Shown: piece after piece, positions 20,313-34,413 of the stretch
Position numbering within the stretch: the first letter of the stretch is position 1
Layout: each line of letters begins with the position of its first letter
Source: Macrostomum lignano
Taxonomy: Eukaryota
Reading direction: 5' to 3'
Assembly: GCA_002269645.1 (NCBI GenBank)
Contig: NIVC01001116.1
Coordinates: forward strand, 1 to 64,000
DNA: 64,000 bases
Program-made: the position numbers and the translations under genes
The notes under the pieces: model-generated
Seen by the model: the letters and a program-made list of their open reading frames with translations, nothing else
Database searches by the model: none
What the model was told of the DNA's origin: nothing

Positions 20313-21826
20313 CCGCTCTATTGCGCAAACTGTGCGGGCTCAAAAGACAGGACTAAGCGCAACACTAAACGCTACAGCCCCTTGAAGCCCCTGATAGCTT
20401 CAATTATAAAATCAAATATATATTTACTCGTAAATGTGCCTCTAGCTGGTGGCACTCACAACACACCGTATTGCCATGACGATCTCCACCAATGCCAGTA
20501 TGTTCCTGTATGTCCATGCCAATATTAACTTACTGGTGTGGCGAAAATAGCTTTTTCTTTACGAGTTCGAGTGCTACGTCTACTTCTAAGGCTATTTCGA
20601 GAATGAAAGGTAAATGGTATTCAATGAACGGCAGTGTATAACGTTGTAGAATGAACTTAATTGTGGGATAATGATGAAATAGATTGTTCGAAGTAGAGGC
20701 CAATGGTCTCGTTTATAGGCTAATTCAATAGTTCAAATGCATATAATGCAATACCGTACGGTATTGAAGTGCAGTGACAGGATTGCTCGTATAACTAAAT
20801 AAACATAAACAGTCTCAAGTTAAACCCTCTCGTTAAACTAACTTAACTATTTTGGTTCCTAGGTTTGTAATGATTCAGCGACCGTCTTACGGCCTGAAGG
20901 CCAATCGTTACAGCACGAAATCATCACTAACATCGACAGAGGAAAAGCGAGAAAACAGAAATTTTTGTAAATATTTAAATAATACCAATTTCTTAGAACG
21001 TACGCATTACAAGCTATAACAAAGAAATAATGAATATAATCAAAATCAGCTCATAGAGTATGAATGCCAATGTACAAGAAAAGAAGACAATCAAACACTT
21101 TAAAATAGATTGATATTGTTACATTAATAAAATACATACAACAAAAACCTACTCGCGACACTTGATACTACTTTGCATTTTTCAGTTTGACTATAGCTTT
21201 ATCCTTCAGAATAATTCGCTTACGATACGATTAAAGAAAAAAACAACTGCGGTACTTTTTAAAAGTAATATGCATAACATTTTTGCTGTATAAAGTGATT
21301 AATAAGTTCGAAAAATACATTTTATAAAGATATTGATCAAAGAATTTTTTTCTATAAAGACGACACGCAAATTAGTATACTCGTAATGTATTAGTTTATT
21401 TAATATTTATGTCAAATGTCAATTTCTCAAATGTGTAGGCAACAGATATACTTCCGTTGTCTTTCGCTAGTTATTTTTGAAATCTACTCTAAAGGCCGGT
21501 TCACAGCTTTGCAAGTAAAATACTGCTCAACTCCGTGTACAGTTGGTCCAGGCCTGTTAAAAATTGATTTGAGCAATATTTGACCCACAGAGAAACTCGC
21601 ATTAATATTTGAACCAACCTTAACAAACTTACTACTCAATAAAAATTAGTCCATAGTTTAGGGCAACATAAGCAGAAACTGAAAAACGTGTATCGTAGCC
21701 CCGTAGCACTAATTCATTTCTTCACAAAACTGCAATTAAAAGCAATCAAAGGTACTCTATATAGCGTTTTTTCATTCTAAAGCCATTACTAGTTAATGCG
21801 TCGAAAAACAATTTGGTCACTTGCTT

Positions 21827-24800
21827 TCATTCAAAGAAGTGCTCGGCAGCAGGTCTTTTAAAGTCGTAGTCCTCCAAAACGACGCGTCCTTCTTTGCGCA
21901 GCTTTTTTAGCTCCTCTTTGCAGAAATTCCGGTGCTGGTGACTGTCTGAGTAGTTGGCTAAAGTGAGCAGCTCCTCCAAATCTGCATCTGCTTGAATCTC
22001 AGTATACCAGTCGTCGACACAGACTTCTCCAGCCCCCAGAAGTTCTGCTTGTAGACTCCAAAAAAGGCATCGAAAGTTAATGTAGACGTGGGATGTTTTA
22101 GATTTTTCAGATAGTCTGGCTGTAAACAGACTTTGCGTAAAGTTCGCCAAAAAAGGAAATTGAAAGCCACTTTTGCTTGGAAAGCAAAATCGCCACGCCC
22201 AGTCTGCTTCGTTGTCCCACTTGATGCCGTCTCTAACTGAAGTAGGCTGCCAACCGCGCTGAACTTTGTGACCATTAAGACAACTTAAAACAATGTCTGC
22301 TTGATCCAACCTACCACTCTTGCAATATGCCATTATCTTCAGGCAACAGACTGCAGAGTGGCAAATTTTGGGCAGCGTTTCTAAACGCTCAATCAAACGA
22401 TCAACGCTCGGACACTCGCCATCATTGGACAAATCTGTGAGAGTTTGCCAGATTTTTTCGTACAAGTTAGCCAGCAAGTTCACCGTGCTGTCTTGATGTC
22501 TTTTCGTTTTAAGAGCGCCTTGGCGAACACGCTGCAATGGCAGAAGAGTGAACGGGTGAAACCTGAACTCTTGCGAGCTCAACGGACGCAAAAACTCTAG
22601 CATCGGATCAAACACCGCCCAGGTCCTTTTTTGGAGGTCTTTCAGGGATATTTCCGCTTCCTTTTTTGAGTCTTCGAATCCGTACCCGAGGCCAGCATTT
22701 TTAATGTAGAGCTGTGCGCTTGGGCACATCGAGTGCGGCATAACGACATCCTTGGAAATACTCGCCGATAGAAACTCGATCGCCATACCAAGTGCTTCGT
22801 GGAAAAGGCGAGCCAAATTTGTGGGTTTCCACACCGATTCCCCCGATTCTGCGTGTCGCGCAATTAAATGAAACAATAGCGACTTTGCGTGGTACGATTT
22901 ATAGTAATCTTTTAATGGAGTGTTCTTGAAACAGTGCTTGATGATCATCAGTAAGTGCCCTTGCACTTCGTAAAAGCCTCGTACTAGTCTGTTCTCCTGG
23001 CTGTTAAAGCTGATTCGCAGCTCACACGTGCGTCCTGGCCTCGAAGCCCGGACGAGATTTTCGGGCTGGGGGTGCAATAAGGATAAGTCTCTTGTGCAGA
23101 CAGGAAAAGCGCAGCAGAAATCCATGCGGGGAAGAACTCCTTTAGCAGGGGAAGTCTGTGCAGGTTGACATCCTGTGTGGGGTTGAAACATGTTAATAAC
23201 GCTAATTTATTTATGTTCATATTTAGGCAGTTATTAAGCCTAATTATAAGAGGTCCATTTCGGTCAAGCTCTCATATCAATGGCAGTAGTCAAAAACTAC
23301 TATGACACAAAACATCGCACAGTTTACAACTTTGAAAGTAAATGCCGGTTCACATTCCCGCCAGTAGCTTCGCGGGTCAAAGACTGCTCAAATCAATGTG
23401 CAGTTGGTTCAGACACGTTTTTAAAAATGATTTGAACAATCCTTCAACTGCTGTGCTACTAGCGGTAATGTGAAACGGACTTAAGAGCACTGGATTATTC
23501 TCTTCAGGTTCCATTAACAAATTAAAGCATACAGTAGTGCTCATTTTACATAACAATTCTATAATACGCTAGAATTCAATGTGAAAATCATAGTTTTCTT
23601 ACCTACAGGAGCCGAGAGCGGCACATGACCCTCGATGGGGCTCCCCAAGTTCTGCTGTCCTAAGCAGGAGCAGAAATCTTCTAGGAGTAATACGTATCCG
23701 TTTATAATTTGTAGCCAGTCGATGTCGGAATCCGGTGACACCATTCTGTCCAAACAGGGTGGAATCATCCCATAGCCTTCGGCTGTGCTGCCAGCAATTT
23801 CCATGTCCTCGCCAGTGATCGCCGACGCTAGTTCTGATACGAAGCTTGCCATTCTTGGCAGACAGACCACCCGGTCTTGCGTGAAGCCCGACTGAGTCAG
23901 CGCCTCGGTCAACGCGGCACTTTTTTCGACAAAATAATTGCTAAGATCAAAATTCGGCCAAGAGCTGAAATCGGAAAAGTATGAAATAAAAAACCAATGC
24001 ACAAACTGACATAAACAGCTACGTGAAATGAGCTACATATACGACGTACGAGCGTATCTCTCACCAAAGCAACTTGAGCACAACTTCGTGCTTAGCCGAT
24101 TCCGCCAACTGTGCACAGCTTCGGCCAGCGCTGTCACAGTGGTTCACGTCAGAGCCCAAGTCTAGAAGCATTTTCACTGCTTTCTCTTTACCGTGCAAAC
24201 ACGCTATCGATAGGGCTGTTTGTCCGTTCGCATTTGTCTGAGTCACCGATGCGCCATCTTCAATCAGCGGCAATATCAGGTCGCTACGTCCGAACTTTGC
24301 CGATAGCATCAGCGCCGTTTCACCAGCGCTATTAGTGCGGTGAACTTCTAGGAGATGTGGTTGCATGCGATGCGCAAGAGTTATGTATCCTCTCTCGATG
24401 CATGCATGAAATGTTTTAAGCAACCGGCTCTGACTAAACCTTGAGCAAAATCTGTCAAAGTCGTGACTGTTAGGCTTTGTTACTAAGGCGTTATTTAGCG
24501 TACGCTGAAAATCTTCGGCTTCAATTATCCAATTCGCCTCCGTTGGGATATTCCTGAGTAACGTAAAAATATCCTGAAATTCATGTGTCAGACTACGAGT
24601 AATTAGTTTACACAGAAAGTCAACTCTATTTACAGCGCTTATGCTTGATTTCAGAATAGGCTCGACTGCGTCGACCTGGTTGGAATAGATGGCTTGTTGC
24701 ATCACATCCTGGAATCTTTCAGCCTCGTCGTTATATTGTAAGGCAAACTCATTTAGGCAAGTCCATAATCCAAGACTCGCTGCTTTTAATGACGCTCTCT

Positions 24801-27800
24801 TGAAACATTCCTTGCGACTGGAATACTTCGAAAGCTTTTTTATTGAAGCAGACAATTTTGAAGCGAATTCAACGTCTTCGTTGCTCGTCCACAGTGCGAT
24901 CTCGCGTTCAGCGATTTCCTGATAGACTGCATCTTTAATGTTGCAGTTTCTAATAGAATCGACCATTCCTTCTGTGTACTGGTAAAGTCGAAACTGGATG
25001 GCAAACCGGGCAACTCTAACGCGATACTTGTCGGCGTCCGGACTCTGATAAGAGTTGAAAAATTGCACAGCAGTTTCCAGCCTCTCTTGCTCATAAATTA
25101 GATCGACTCCGGCAACTAAACAATGCTCGATCAGATGTTTCAGTGTTTTTTTAATGCAAGCTATGAACATGGCAGCTAATTTGGCTTGGCCTTGGCTCAG
25201 CATCAGCCGCACCTCATCAGCACAACAAATGCATATAATGCGCTCATCTTCAATGAATTTCAAATAATTTTGAGCCTGCACCCACAAGTCGCATCTTAGG
25301 CAGGCACTAACTAATGCTTTGCAAACCTGGTTCCGTAATTCTGGATTATTGCAGATGTCTTTCAGAACTTTTTTGAACAGTTCCCACCTGAAGCCAGAAT
25401 TATTTCTTAATTGAACTATTGCCAACATGAGCTGCTTAACAGTGTGTAAGCCACAAAGAGCGCTAGCTGTGCGAATGGCAACAAGAAGACATTTAACTTG
25501 TAGAGCCTCAGAGAAGCTCAGTAACAACCGACAGGCAGTGTCATGGAAGCCGCTGCACACAGCTGATTTTACAGCCTCAACACAGCATTTGCCGCACATT
25601 TCATCGTCGCTGACCGAAGTAAATATAGTTTTAATAGTGTCGATGCAATCAGCAGCTGCGGCACACCTGATCGCCGTTAGAGGGCGAGGATTAAGAATTC
25701 CCCTTGCAATTATTATGCAACACCCAAGCTTCTTCTGGCTTGTGCAGATCTCGCGCACCAGTGCCTCGGCAGTGTCCATGTAGCCAAAGTTAGCAGCAAT
25801 TTCAGCAGTTTTTGCAAGTGCTTCGTCTCGCCTATTCGAATCGTGTATACGCTGTAGAATTTCTCTAACAGCCTCTAACCGACCACTACTTGCTGCAACT
25901 TCTGCTTCAGTCAGGTACCAGTCTTTCAGTCGGTCTGCCACATCTTGCTTTCCTTTATCAGACAGCTTTTGCACCTTTCTAGAGCGCCAATTTTCTTTCT
26001 TGTCCGTGTCAGCCATTCCGCTCAGAAACAAGTTTGACATTTCGGCCTGATCAAAGTCGATGGCAAACTCAGCAGCAGCAATAAGACTCTGATCGCGCTC
26101 ATCTCTATTCATAATGCTTTCTGAAATCTGTTTCGCTGTGTACCACAGCTTCCGCCTCACTAAAAGCTTCACTTCCTCGCGCCGGATGCCGTCTTTAAGA
26201 TCATCCTCTGCGTCTTCAGCTAGATAGTCAGCCACAGTCAGAAGAGTCCAGGCTTTTCGTTGCTCCGCATCAATTGGACTCTGGCAGCCGACAGGGGAGT
26301 CAGTGGGCACAAACTCTGGGTGAATTTGCGTTATTGACTGCTGCTGCTGTCTCCCTGCTGGTGACTGTTGGCAGCGCTGGCAGGAGGAGACAGTGGCCTT
26401 GGCCAACTGGCAATTGATCTTTGATTTTGCTCCGGCATCTTCGATAATTGAAGACAACGCTCTGATGCAACCTTTGCATCCACTGATTTTATTAAAAATA
26501 CTCTTAAGTGTATCAGATCGTTTGCTTGCACAGGAAATCTTTGCCAGAACAGATTGTGCCAGAATCCAGCTCCCCTGCTCAGCAGCTTGAATTGTCAGAG
26601 AACTACGGCACACTTCTATCGTCTCAGCCGGGACATTGTTAGCAAAAATCGCAAAAAAATTCTCGACGTCTGAAGAATCCCATTTACGAGTATTAATTTT
26701 CGAAACAAAAGTTTTAAGAAACTGAGACCGCTGCTGAATTGTCAGCTTTTGGCAAAAATAAGATGCAATGTCGAATTGACCCATTGACGCAGCTTTCTGG
26801 GCGAGATCGGCGCAGCTTTGCCAAAGGTCGGGGCCCGGTGAACTGGAATCTGAGATTATCTCCCAGCAGGCGGTAGCCAATTCCATCCAGCCATTAATAG
26901 CAGCGAGAGTTGCTAACTCGAGACATTGCTGTCTTCTTGTCCGCTCGTTTTCAACCCGTCGCAACAAGTAGGCAGACGCTTCCCACTGCTGAGCATCTAC
27001 GGCTTGTTTTGATGCCAAGATGAGACCTTGATCGCGTTGCGCAGAATTCGCGATGCCCTTCAGAAGCCTGTAAATGTATATGTAGATCAATGACATTTTT
27101 TTACTTTAATGGTATTAATTAAATTAAACACATTTCAATAGAACTTGGCATGTACGAGCTACATGTAAAACTGAAAATTAAGGACTCTATACATTCGTAT
27201 ACCGTGCAAATTTTGTTGGAGGTCAGTTTAGCAACGAAATTCATAATTTTCGAACTATCGAATTTCCAAACGGAGCGGTTATGCGTCCTGCATGTGCAAA
27301 CTCGATTTAGAAGGCGGCTGTAAAAATGCAGTGATATAGTGAAATTTGCACAATTTGCGACAGCAGCCTTCCTGTCTACAGTGTTAGGCAACATTCCGTT
27401 AATGTGCGTTCATATTCCTTACCTGGTATCAGCGTTTAACGGACTTCGTAAAAACTTATTTTGATTAACTTATTAACACATTCACAATCGAAATATTGGA
27501 AAGAAACTTTTTGGCGTTAATTTTTTTGTTTGAACAAGTTTTATTTTATGAATAGCGTTGGGTTTGATAAAAATTTAAATATTCATTATAGCACTTATAA
27601 AAAAATTCTGTAAATATTCGTAAGTAGTAGAATAGGGGGCATCCGATGTTTATGCTAGTCTTACGTGGCATAGGGTATATTTTCATGATTCGATCACGAA
27701 AATAAATTGATAGAATAGGCCGTATGAGTAAAGCTTGTGCTCTGAGTTGGAGGAGCAAGTGCTCAGAACTGAGAAATAGATCAGAATTTGAGCAACCAGT

Positions 27801-30800
27801 CTCCTTTCGCATGAATAAAAGTTTATAGAAAACTTTGAGCAAATTCTCTGCCACCCGAGCAAAATCCCTGCAACTGTGTCTTCTAGTGTCTGCACTTCTT
27901 TAAAATTACAAGGCTGCAAACACAGGCAGAATTCTTTCCGGAACAACTTCCGCTGGACACAAATTTTACCCGGAGCGCCCGTCTTCCGACCTGACGATCG
28001 AGAAGACACGAGAGATCAGCGATTTCTATCGATTTGATCTTGTCCAGAAGGCAGTGAAAGCGGGAAACAGTCTTGACGAACAATTGTACCATGACCTTTG
28101 TGCCCACTGGGCACTTATTCTTGTGCACATTTTAATGCCATTGACTACATTTAAGCCCGCTTGCAGGAGAGAAATATCGAAATTAGCGGGCGGTTAATGG
28201 TAGATTTATCTCTAGGTTTCGAGTGCGTAAATAGTCTTGGCACGAGTGCGCAGAGACTATTGCCATTGCCGCAGTGCCATAGACTATTTACGCACGAAGG
28301 AACCTAGTGATAGATTCATTGATTTATGGGCAAAGCATTCTTCTGGTTTTAGCCATAGACATAGATAGATTGGAATTTACCGCACGCATGGACTATAAGA
28401 GGGATAAGAGGGCTTTGATGTAACCACGCTCTGGTCGCGGGATAGGGCAGGGGAACTTTTTCGAAAGTGCCTCCTATCGCCGTGCACCCCCTGCACAGAG
28501 CTGTTGAGGCTCGGCCAGGTCTTCGACCAGGCCTGGAGACTCCCGCTCTGCTGCACCCCCCCCCCGCTGCCTTGGCTCCGTCTCCCCTGCCGCCACACTT
28601 GCCTTTCCGGAGCTTCCCCCTCTCTCTTTGTACCTCCCCCTCTACCCTATCTCTCCTGCGCGCCTCCCTATTCTTTATGTACTCTTCCTGTCTCCCCTCT
28701 TTTTGCCCCTTTTCGCCTTATTTTCCTGCTCTGTCCCCCCTTTCTCTGCGTCTACTTACAGTATTTTGCACGCTCACCGTCACCATCCCTTCTCAAACTC
28801 CCAAACGATGAAGCAAGTCGTGTGACCCATTCGTCCCCTCGATGACTCATCGATGACTCATCCCCCTCTCTTGCGCAACCTTTTCTCACGCCATTGTTCT
28901 CCTCCCCAAATTTCTCATGCGACACCCACCCCACCTCCGCTTCTATTGTTCTCGTTTTTGATTCTTTTGTTCTCTTTACCCCCACCAATTATCACATTTT
29001 CTCCGATTTTCTCTTTCTATTGTTCTCGTTTTCGCACCTAATTATCACCTTTTCCCCAATGTTAGCTTTTCTATTGTTCTCGATTCTCCCCAATTATCCC
29101 CGATTTCCAATTCCTTTGTTCTCGACCCCAGCCCCATTGTTCTCAATGTTTGCTTGCGCAACACTCTCGCGACCTCCCGCTGCGCCAATTATCCCCCCAC
29201 CCCACCTCCGGATTGCGCAATTCTCCCATTTCTCATGTTGCTATGCCGGTCTCATGCTTCTCATCATGACTCATTCTGACGTCATTCTGCCGGCAGCCAA
29301 TCAGAGAGAGGGAGTCATGGAAACGACCTTGGAGCGGCGGCTGGGAAGGCTATATAAGGAAGCGGTTTTCGGCAGGAGAATGCTAAAACGTTTCGACCTG
29401 TTCGTCTCCTAGTCCTTCTTTGGACTTGCGGTCAGACACTGCTCTGACCTTCCCGCCTATAAGACGAACCCCTGCCGGTCCGCGGTCTGTTACCGCCAAG
29501 TTATCTTCAGCTCCCCAAGCGAGCTCGCCTATCGGCCAGCGGTCTGATACCGCCCAGCATCATCAGCATCGCCTGATCTACACCAGCGCCTAGTCGCCTC
29601 AGCGCATCGCCGCTTCACTGTCTGCCTGACTGCAGCCTACGACCGCCCTCGGTCACTCCGCCTCTCTCTCTCTCTGTGCAGCTGCCGGTAAGTTCCTGTT
29701 ACTAATTTGTGCTCTAATCGCCTTTGCTTATCCGGGGTTTGCCTTGTGAATAATGAATTTTCCATTGCTTGACTAGAGAGCTGAGCCAATTGTGATACCG
29801 TTAACTTTTTGCTGTATTTTACTCAATAGTGAAGCCGCCTAATTGCCTGATTATTTGCCTAAGGGCCTAAATATTAACTATTAACTAACCTCATCATTAT
29901 TCACTCTTTCACCATCATTTCACCCATGGCTTGCTAAGCCTTTCTCCCGGGGTGGCAAAGCATAAGGAAGTTGGGTAAGCTAATGGCCTCTCCCCGTGCA
30001 AAGCCCGCCTGTGAGTGCGTGCTGCGGGGCCGCGGGTGCGTGCAGTAGGGGGATTAGCGAGTCTCGGCACAGAATGGCAGTAGGAAGGTTGCAACCCCAT
30101 GCTAACGCGTCCCTTCGCCCTGAGCAATCTAAACTAGAGACAGTACATGTTCGCCTCATACTACTCTTAGTAATCAAAGTCGCAAGTCGGCCTCGCTCAC
30201 AGCCACAAAGGATCCCCTGCTGAGAAATCCTCCAGGATTGAGCCCAGAGTTCCCGATCATGCCCCAAGCAGAGTCCCTGTACTCGGCTGCATGCGTCTCC
30301 CCTGTGAGCCTAAATCTCCTGGTAACCATCCCAGGCGGGGCTCTAGCCTCGAGAGGTCTGGTAGAAAGATCCAGGTGCGCCAGGTCACATAGAGTGGTGG
30401 CAGCCACTCGGTCATACTATGACCGAGTGACCAACTATTGCACCTTGGCTACAGGTGGGGTCCATGTGGGTCCTTGGCCCTCTGGTCACGAAGCACTACC
30501 AAAGCTATCAATCATGTGGGCGGGACAGTCTGGTGCTGGAGGTCCGTCAGGTCATTGCCCGGTCATAGGCAGCCTACGGTCATTGCCCCCCTCTAGTCAT
30601 GCGTTCGTCTCTCAACGGAGCGGACAGGCGACAAGGGCGGTTACATCAGCTTTATAATTATTTTAATTAAGTGACAACAGCAATGGAAAATATTTTTGCC
30701 TGTGAACATGTAAGTTTCAGTCCTAAATTTCGGTACCTCGGCTGATAGAATTAGTTCAGTACCTCAGGTAGAATTGGTTCAGTAGCTTAGGTAGAATTGG

Positions 30801-32673
30801 TTCAGTAGCTCAGGCAGAATTGGTTCAGTAGCTCAGGCAGAATTGGTTCAGTAGCTCAGGTAGAATTGGTTCAGTAGCTTAGGTAGAATTGGTTCAGTAG
30901 CTCAGGCAGAATTGGTTCAGTAGCTCAGGCAGAATTGGTTCAGTAGCTTAGGTAGAATTGGTTCAGTAGCTCAGGCAGAATTGGTTCAGTAGCTTAGGTA
31001 GAATTGGTTCAGTAGCTCAGGCAGAATTGGTTCAGTAGCTCAGGCAGAATTGGTTCAGTAGCTTAGGTAGAATTGGTTCAGTAGCTCAGGCAGAATTGGT
31101 TCAGTAGCTTAGGTAGAATTGGTTCAGTAGCTTAGGTAGAATTGGTTCAGTAGCTCAGGTAGAATTGGGTCAGTAGCTCAGGTAGAATTGGTTCACTAGC
31201 TCAGGTAGAATTGGGTCACTAGCTCAGGTAGAATTGGGTCACTAGCTCAGGTAGAATTGGTTCACTAGCTCAGGTAGAATTGGGTCACTAGCTCAGGTAG
31301 AATTGGGTCACTAGCTCAGGTAGAATTGGTTCACTAGCTCAGGTAGAATTGGGTCACTAGCTCAGGTAGAATTGGTTCACTAGCTCAGGTAGAATTGGGT
31401 CAGTAGCTCAGGTAGAATTGGTTCACTAGCTCAGGTAGAATTGGTTCACTAGCTCAGGTAGAATTGGGTCAGTAGCTCAGGTAGAATTGGTTCAGTAGCT
31501 CAGGTAGAATTGGGTCAGTAGCTCAGGTAGAATTTTCTCAGTAGCTCAGATAGAACTAAACCAGTAGCTTAGGTAGAATTGGGTCAGTAGCTCAGGTAGA
31601 ATTTTCTCAGTAGCTCAGGTAGAATTGGGTCAGTAGCTCAGGTACTGAGACAGTAGCTTAGGCAGGATTAGCTCATTAGCTCAGGTAGAATTAGACCAGT
31701 AGCTCAGGTAGACTTAAATAAATTTAATAAGTTGAATACGTGCGGGAATTTAAAGCACGGTGGTTGGAATTGACAGCACGGCTTGGGATTCACTGCACAG
31801 TCGCGTTATTGGTGAAGGATTGCTTTTTGGCCATAGACAATGAATAGTGTCAGCAATTTAAGAATGCTTGGCCATATGTCAATGACATTTAACGCCCGAT
31901 TGTCTATGTTAAACTTACTTTAATGCAAATTAGCGGGCAGTTAATGAGAAATTATTGCCCTCTGATTTTCCCATTAACGCCCCTAAAGCATGGGTATTAA
32001 CGTACTATTATTTCATTGCCTGGGTCTTCCTGAGCATTTATGCCTTTTTGAGCATCTCTAAAGTAGCCTACACTTGTGAGTCTTCAAAGAATCAGAAAAA
32101 GAGTAAAAATCGCAGTAAAAGAAAGAAGTTTATCTATCTGAAGTTTAGTCTATGGTTCAAAGTACCGCGGTTGTAGAGCTGTATTTTTATTCATACTCAC
32201 CATAAGCTGCTCTCCTCAAACTCAGATAAGATAGGGGTTGTAGAGATAGTTTAGACAGAATTACATCCTATGAAAAACTAAAATAATAATATTTAGCATT
32301 TCTGGCTAAGAAAAATATGAGTAAAAAAGTATAAATACACTAATATTGCTTACATTTCTGCATATTCAAAATGTCCTTCTTTGGCCACTGCGCCGGCCAA
32401 GTCAGCCAGGCTGCAAGGGTCGGCCGACTGCGACCAGTCGAACAGCAGCTGTCGCTGTGCGGATGTGAACGAGTCCTTTTTTGACACCGTCAAACAGATT
32501 TCATCGATGCATTGTTGGCGTAGTTGCGGATTTCGAATCGCTGCTACGAGGGTCCTCGCCTCGACTTTGAAGGCTCTTGAATCGATCCTGACGGTGCCAT
32601 CCTCAACTGGCAATTCGGGTAGCAGAGAAGCCATTGAAACTCTTCCCTGGCTGATGTCCACAATGGTAGCCAT
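21827..32673 (-). CDS. Helical (TPR-like) repeat + ankyrin + cGAS-like/Mab-21 nucleotidyltransferase (cGLR-like), 4 exons: 32673-32354, 27067-24065, 23964-23603, 23172-21827; 1676 aa
   Basis: All three introns GT-AG and phase-compatible (5031 nt total); GSTAEG...SDID and RMDF catalytic acids; LRISFNSQE, KSYHAKSLLF, PHSMCP Mab-21 motifs; ankyrin repeats GETALMLSAKFG and GQTALSIACLHG. Confidence 0.85.
28416..30648 (+). mobile_element. Solo LTR (2233 bp) in intron 1 of the cGLR-like gene
   Basis: TGATGTAACC...GGTTACATCA terminal inverted repeat, 4-bp TSD GCTT on both sides, CCAAT at 29297 and TATATAA at 29351; no retroelement ORF. Confidence 0.8.
30755..31710 (+). repeat. 23-bp minisatellite (AGTAGCTCAGGTAGAATTGGTTC)n
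   Basis: About 40 visible tandem copies. Confidence 0.95.
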
Positions 32674-32917
32674 AGCTTGAGGAATCTTTAGTTGGAAAAA
32701 TTATTTCTATCTTACCATTGGAGCTTTTAAACAGAAAGGTGTTTAAATAGCTTTTCGAATTGTTTACGCGTGACTCTAATGCAATAACTATTTATAGCGC
32801 CCATCAGACGTTACTTTTAAAGTTAATGTACGTTTTTGCTGTAGCTCCTGCATGAGCTTCCGGACTGCTTAAGAACCTAACAGCGTATTTTGTTGTTATC
32901 GTGTTATTGTGTTGTAG

Positions 32918-33205
32918 AGGATTGTAGCCTAGTGATTTAAAGGTAGGAGGTTCGATGCTCGACCACAGTGAAACAATTTGTGTCCTTGAGCAAGACACTT
33001 AAACCATGCATTAATTTTTGCTTCAGTTCACAAAGCTGTAAAATGGGTGCCAGCATGAGCTGGGATAACTGAGGGTGTGTGGCGACCCCCCCCCAGTCCT
33101 TGGACTGAAGAGCCGTACGCAGCCTTCAGATGCGCCGCGCAATAGCTGCGGCTGAGCTGTCGGTTGCACAAGTGGCCCAATCGGGGCAGGTGTAATCAAT
33201 TATTT
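32918..33205 (+). mobile_element. tRNA-derived SINE (copy 1, head partly deleted)
   Basis: TAGCCTAGTG and GGTTCGATGC boxes followed by GTCCTTGAGCAAGACACTTAA...CTGTAAAATGGG core-like block; inverted homologue at 37381-37677. Confidence 0.75.
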
Positions 33206-33284
33206 TTATTTTTATAATTATATTATTATTATTTCTATTATTATTATGTTCCTTAAGCTAGAGAAGGGTTTATATGCGGCCCAG

Positions 33285-33812
33285 GGGGGTCTTTCTCGAA
33301 AGTAACTTACGATCGACCATAGACGTAAGTTGGGTAAGCTACACTTACGGGTTGCTCGAAGGGCTCGCAAGTTAGCTATGCGTAAGATTGATCGCAACTT
33401 TACGAGTTCGTAACTTTGCGCAAAAGACTGTTTCTCGAAACGTTCGTATGTCTATGGTCTTTCGTAAGGTTGATCTTAACCCTACGACTGCTCGGTATCA
33501 GTCGTAAGACGCACTTAAGCACTAATCGCATAGTACGCGAAGCTTTAGTCAAGCCAAGTCAAGTTAAACTTTATCGAAGGTGGGTCTTTCTCGAAAGCAA
33601 CTTACGATAGACTAAGTAAAGATATTTGCAGATTTATGACCATAGACATGCAACTTTTCGTTTCAGATACGACTTACGAACAGCGTAAGCCACGCAAAGT
33701 CTATAAGTGAGTTTTGAGAAAGCGTCTTACGAGCAAACTTACGCTACACGTAAATTTCTTTCTTACGATCTAACTTACCATAGAACTTACGTGAGTTTCG
33801 AGAAACACCCCC
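33285..33812. mobile_element. Non-autonomous DNA transposon (MITE), Harbinger-like
   Basis: TIR GGGGGT(C/G)TTTCTCGAAA (16/17 match), 3-bp CAG duplication on both flanks, internal TTACG/CGTAAG subrepeats. Confidence 0.75.
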
Positions 33813-34413
33813 CAGAATCCTTTCTTCAAGTTCTCAAAGCAGGTCTTTTGAGGTGCCAAGGTCTTAGTGAGTCTTGTAAGTGTCCGTCTGTCTCTGTGCG
33901 ACTGTTTAGTTGAGGATCATTCTTCCAGTTTTTCTATACGTGTGTTTCGACCGGACCCCAAAGGCGGCTAAGATGTACTGCTCCATGCAGCTACTAAAAA
34001 TCATTAAGTCATAGAAGTCAATCAAACACGAGTAAACAAAATTTCAAAACAATTAAAATGCCATTTTTGAAGCGAATATATACTAGACGTACATACAAGT
34101 TTAGACAATTCAATTCAATGTCTAAGTGAACTTTATAGAGATAAACTTTCTTGTCTTGGTAAGTTGGTACTGACATCATTGGTTTAATTAACCCAGTGGA
34201 AGTTCAGCAGTGTATTACGAAATACACGGATGATTCCAGAAATACCTCATAGATATAATACGCTCGTAGTACGCCTACAGTGCGCAGTGACGAACATAGA
34301 TGGTCTACAAGTGTGCCAGATGGTGATTATTAGATAAAAGCTGTTAGCTTTTGGCCAACACCCAACCGAAGGCGAACACGCGTAGCAAAATGTACATGTG
34401 CTATCGGTCAGCA

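Noticed and set aside
23300-23520. Additional cGLR exon
   Set aside because: Exon 3 joins exon 4 directly in phase, and this stretch has a stop in the best frame.
27546-28128. Overlapping short ORFs in the cGLR intron
   Set aside because: No domain signature; not needed for the in-frame gene model.
28377-30657. Short ORFs in the track as genes
   Set aside because: All lie in the solo LTR and reflect low-complexity C/T-rich or GC-rich sequence.
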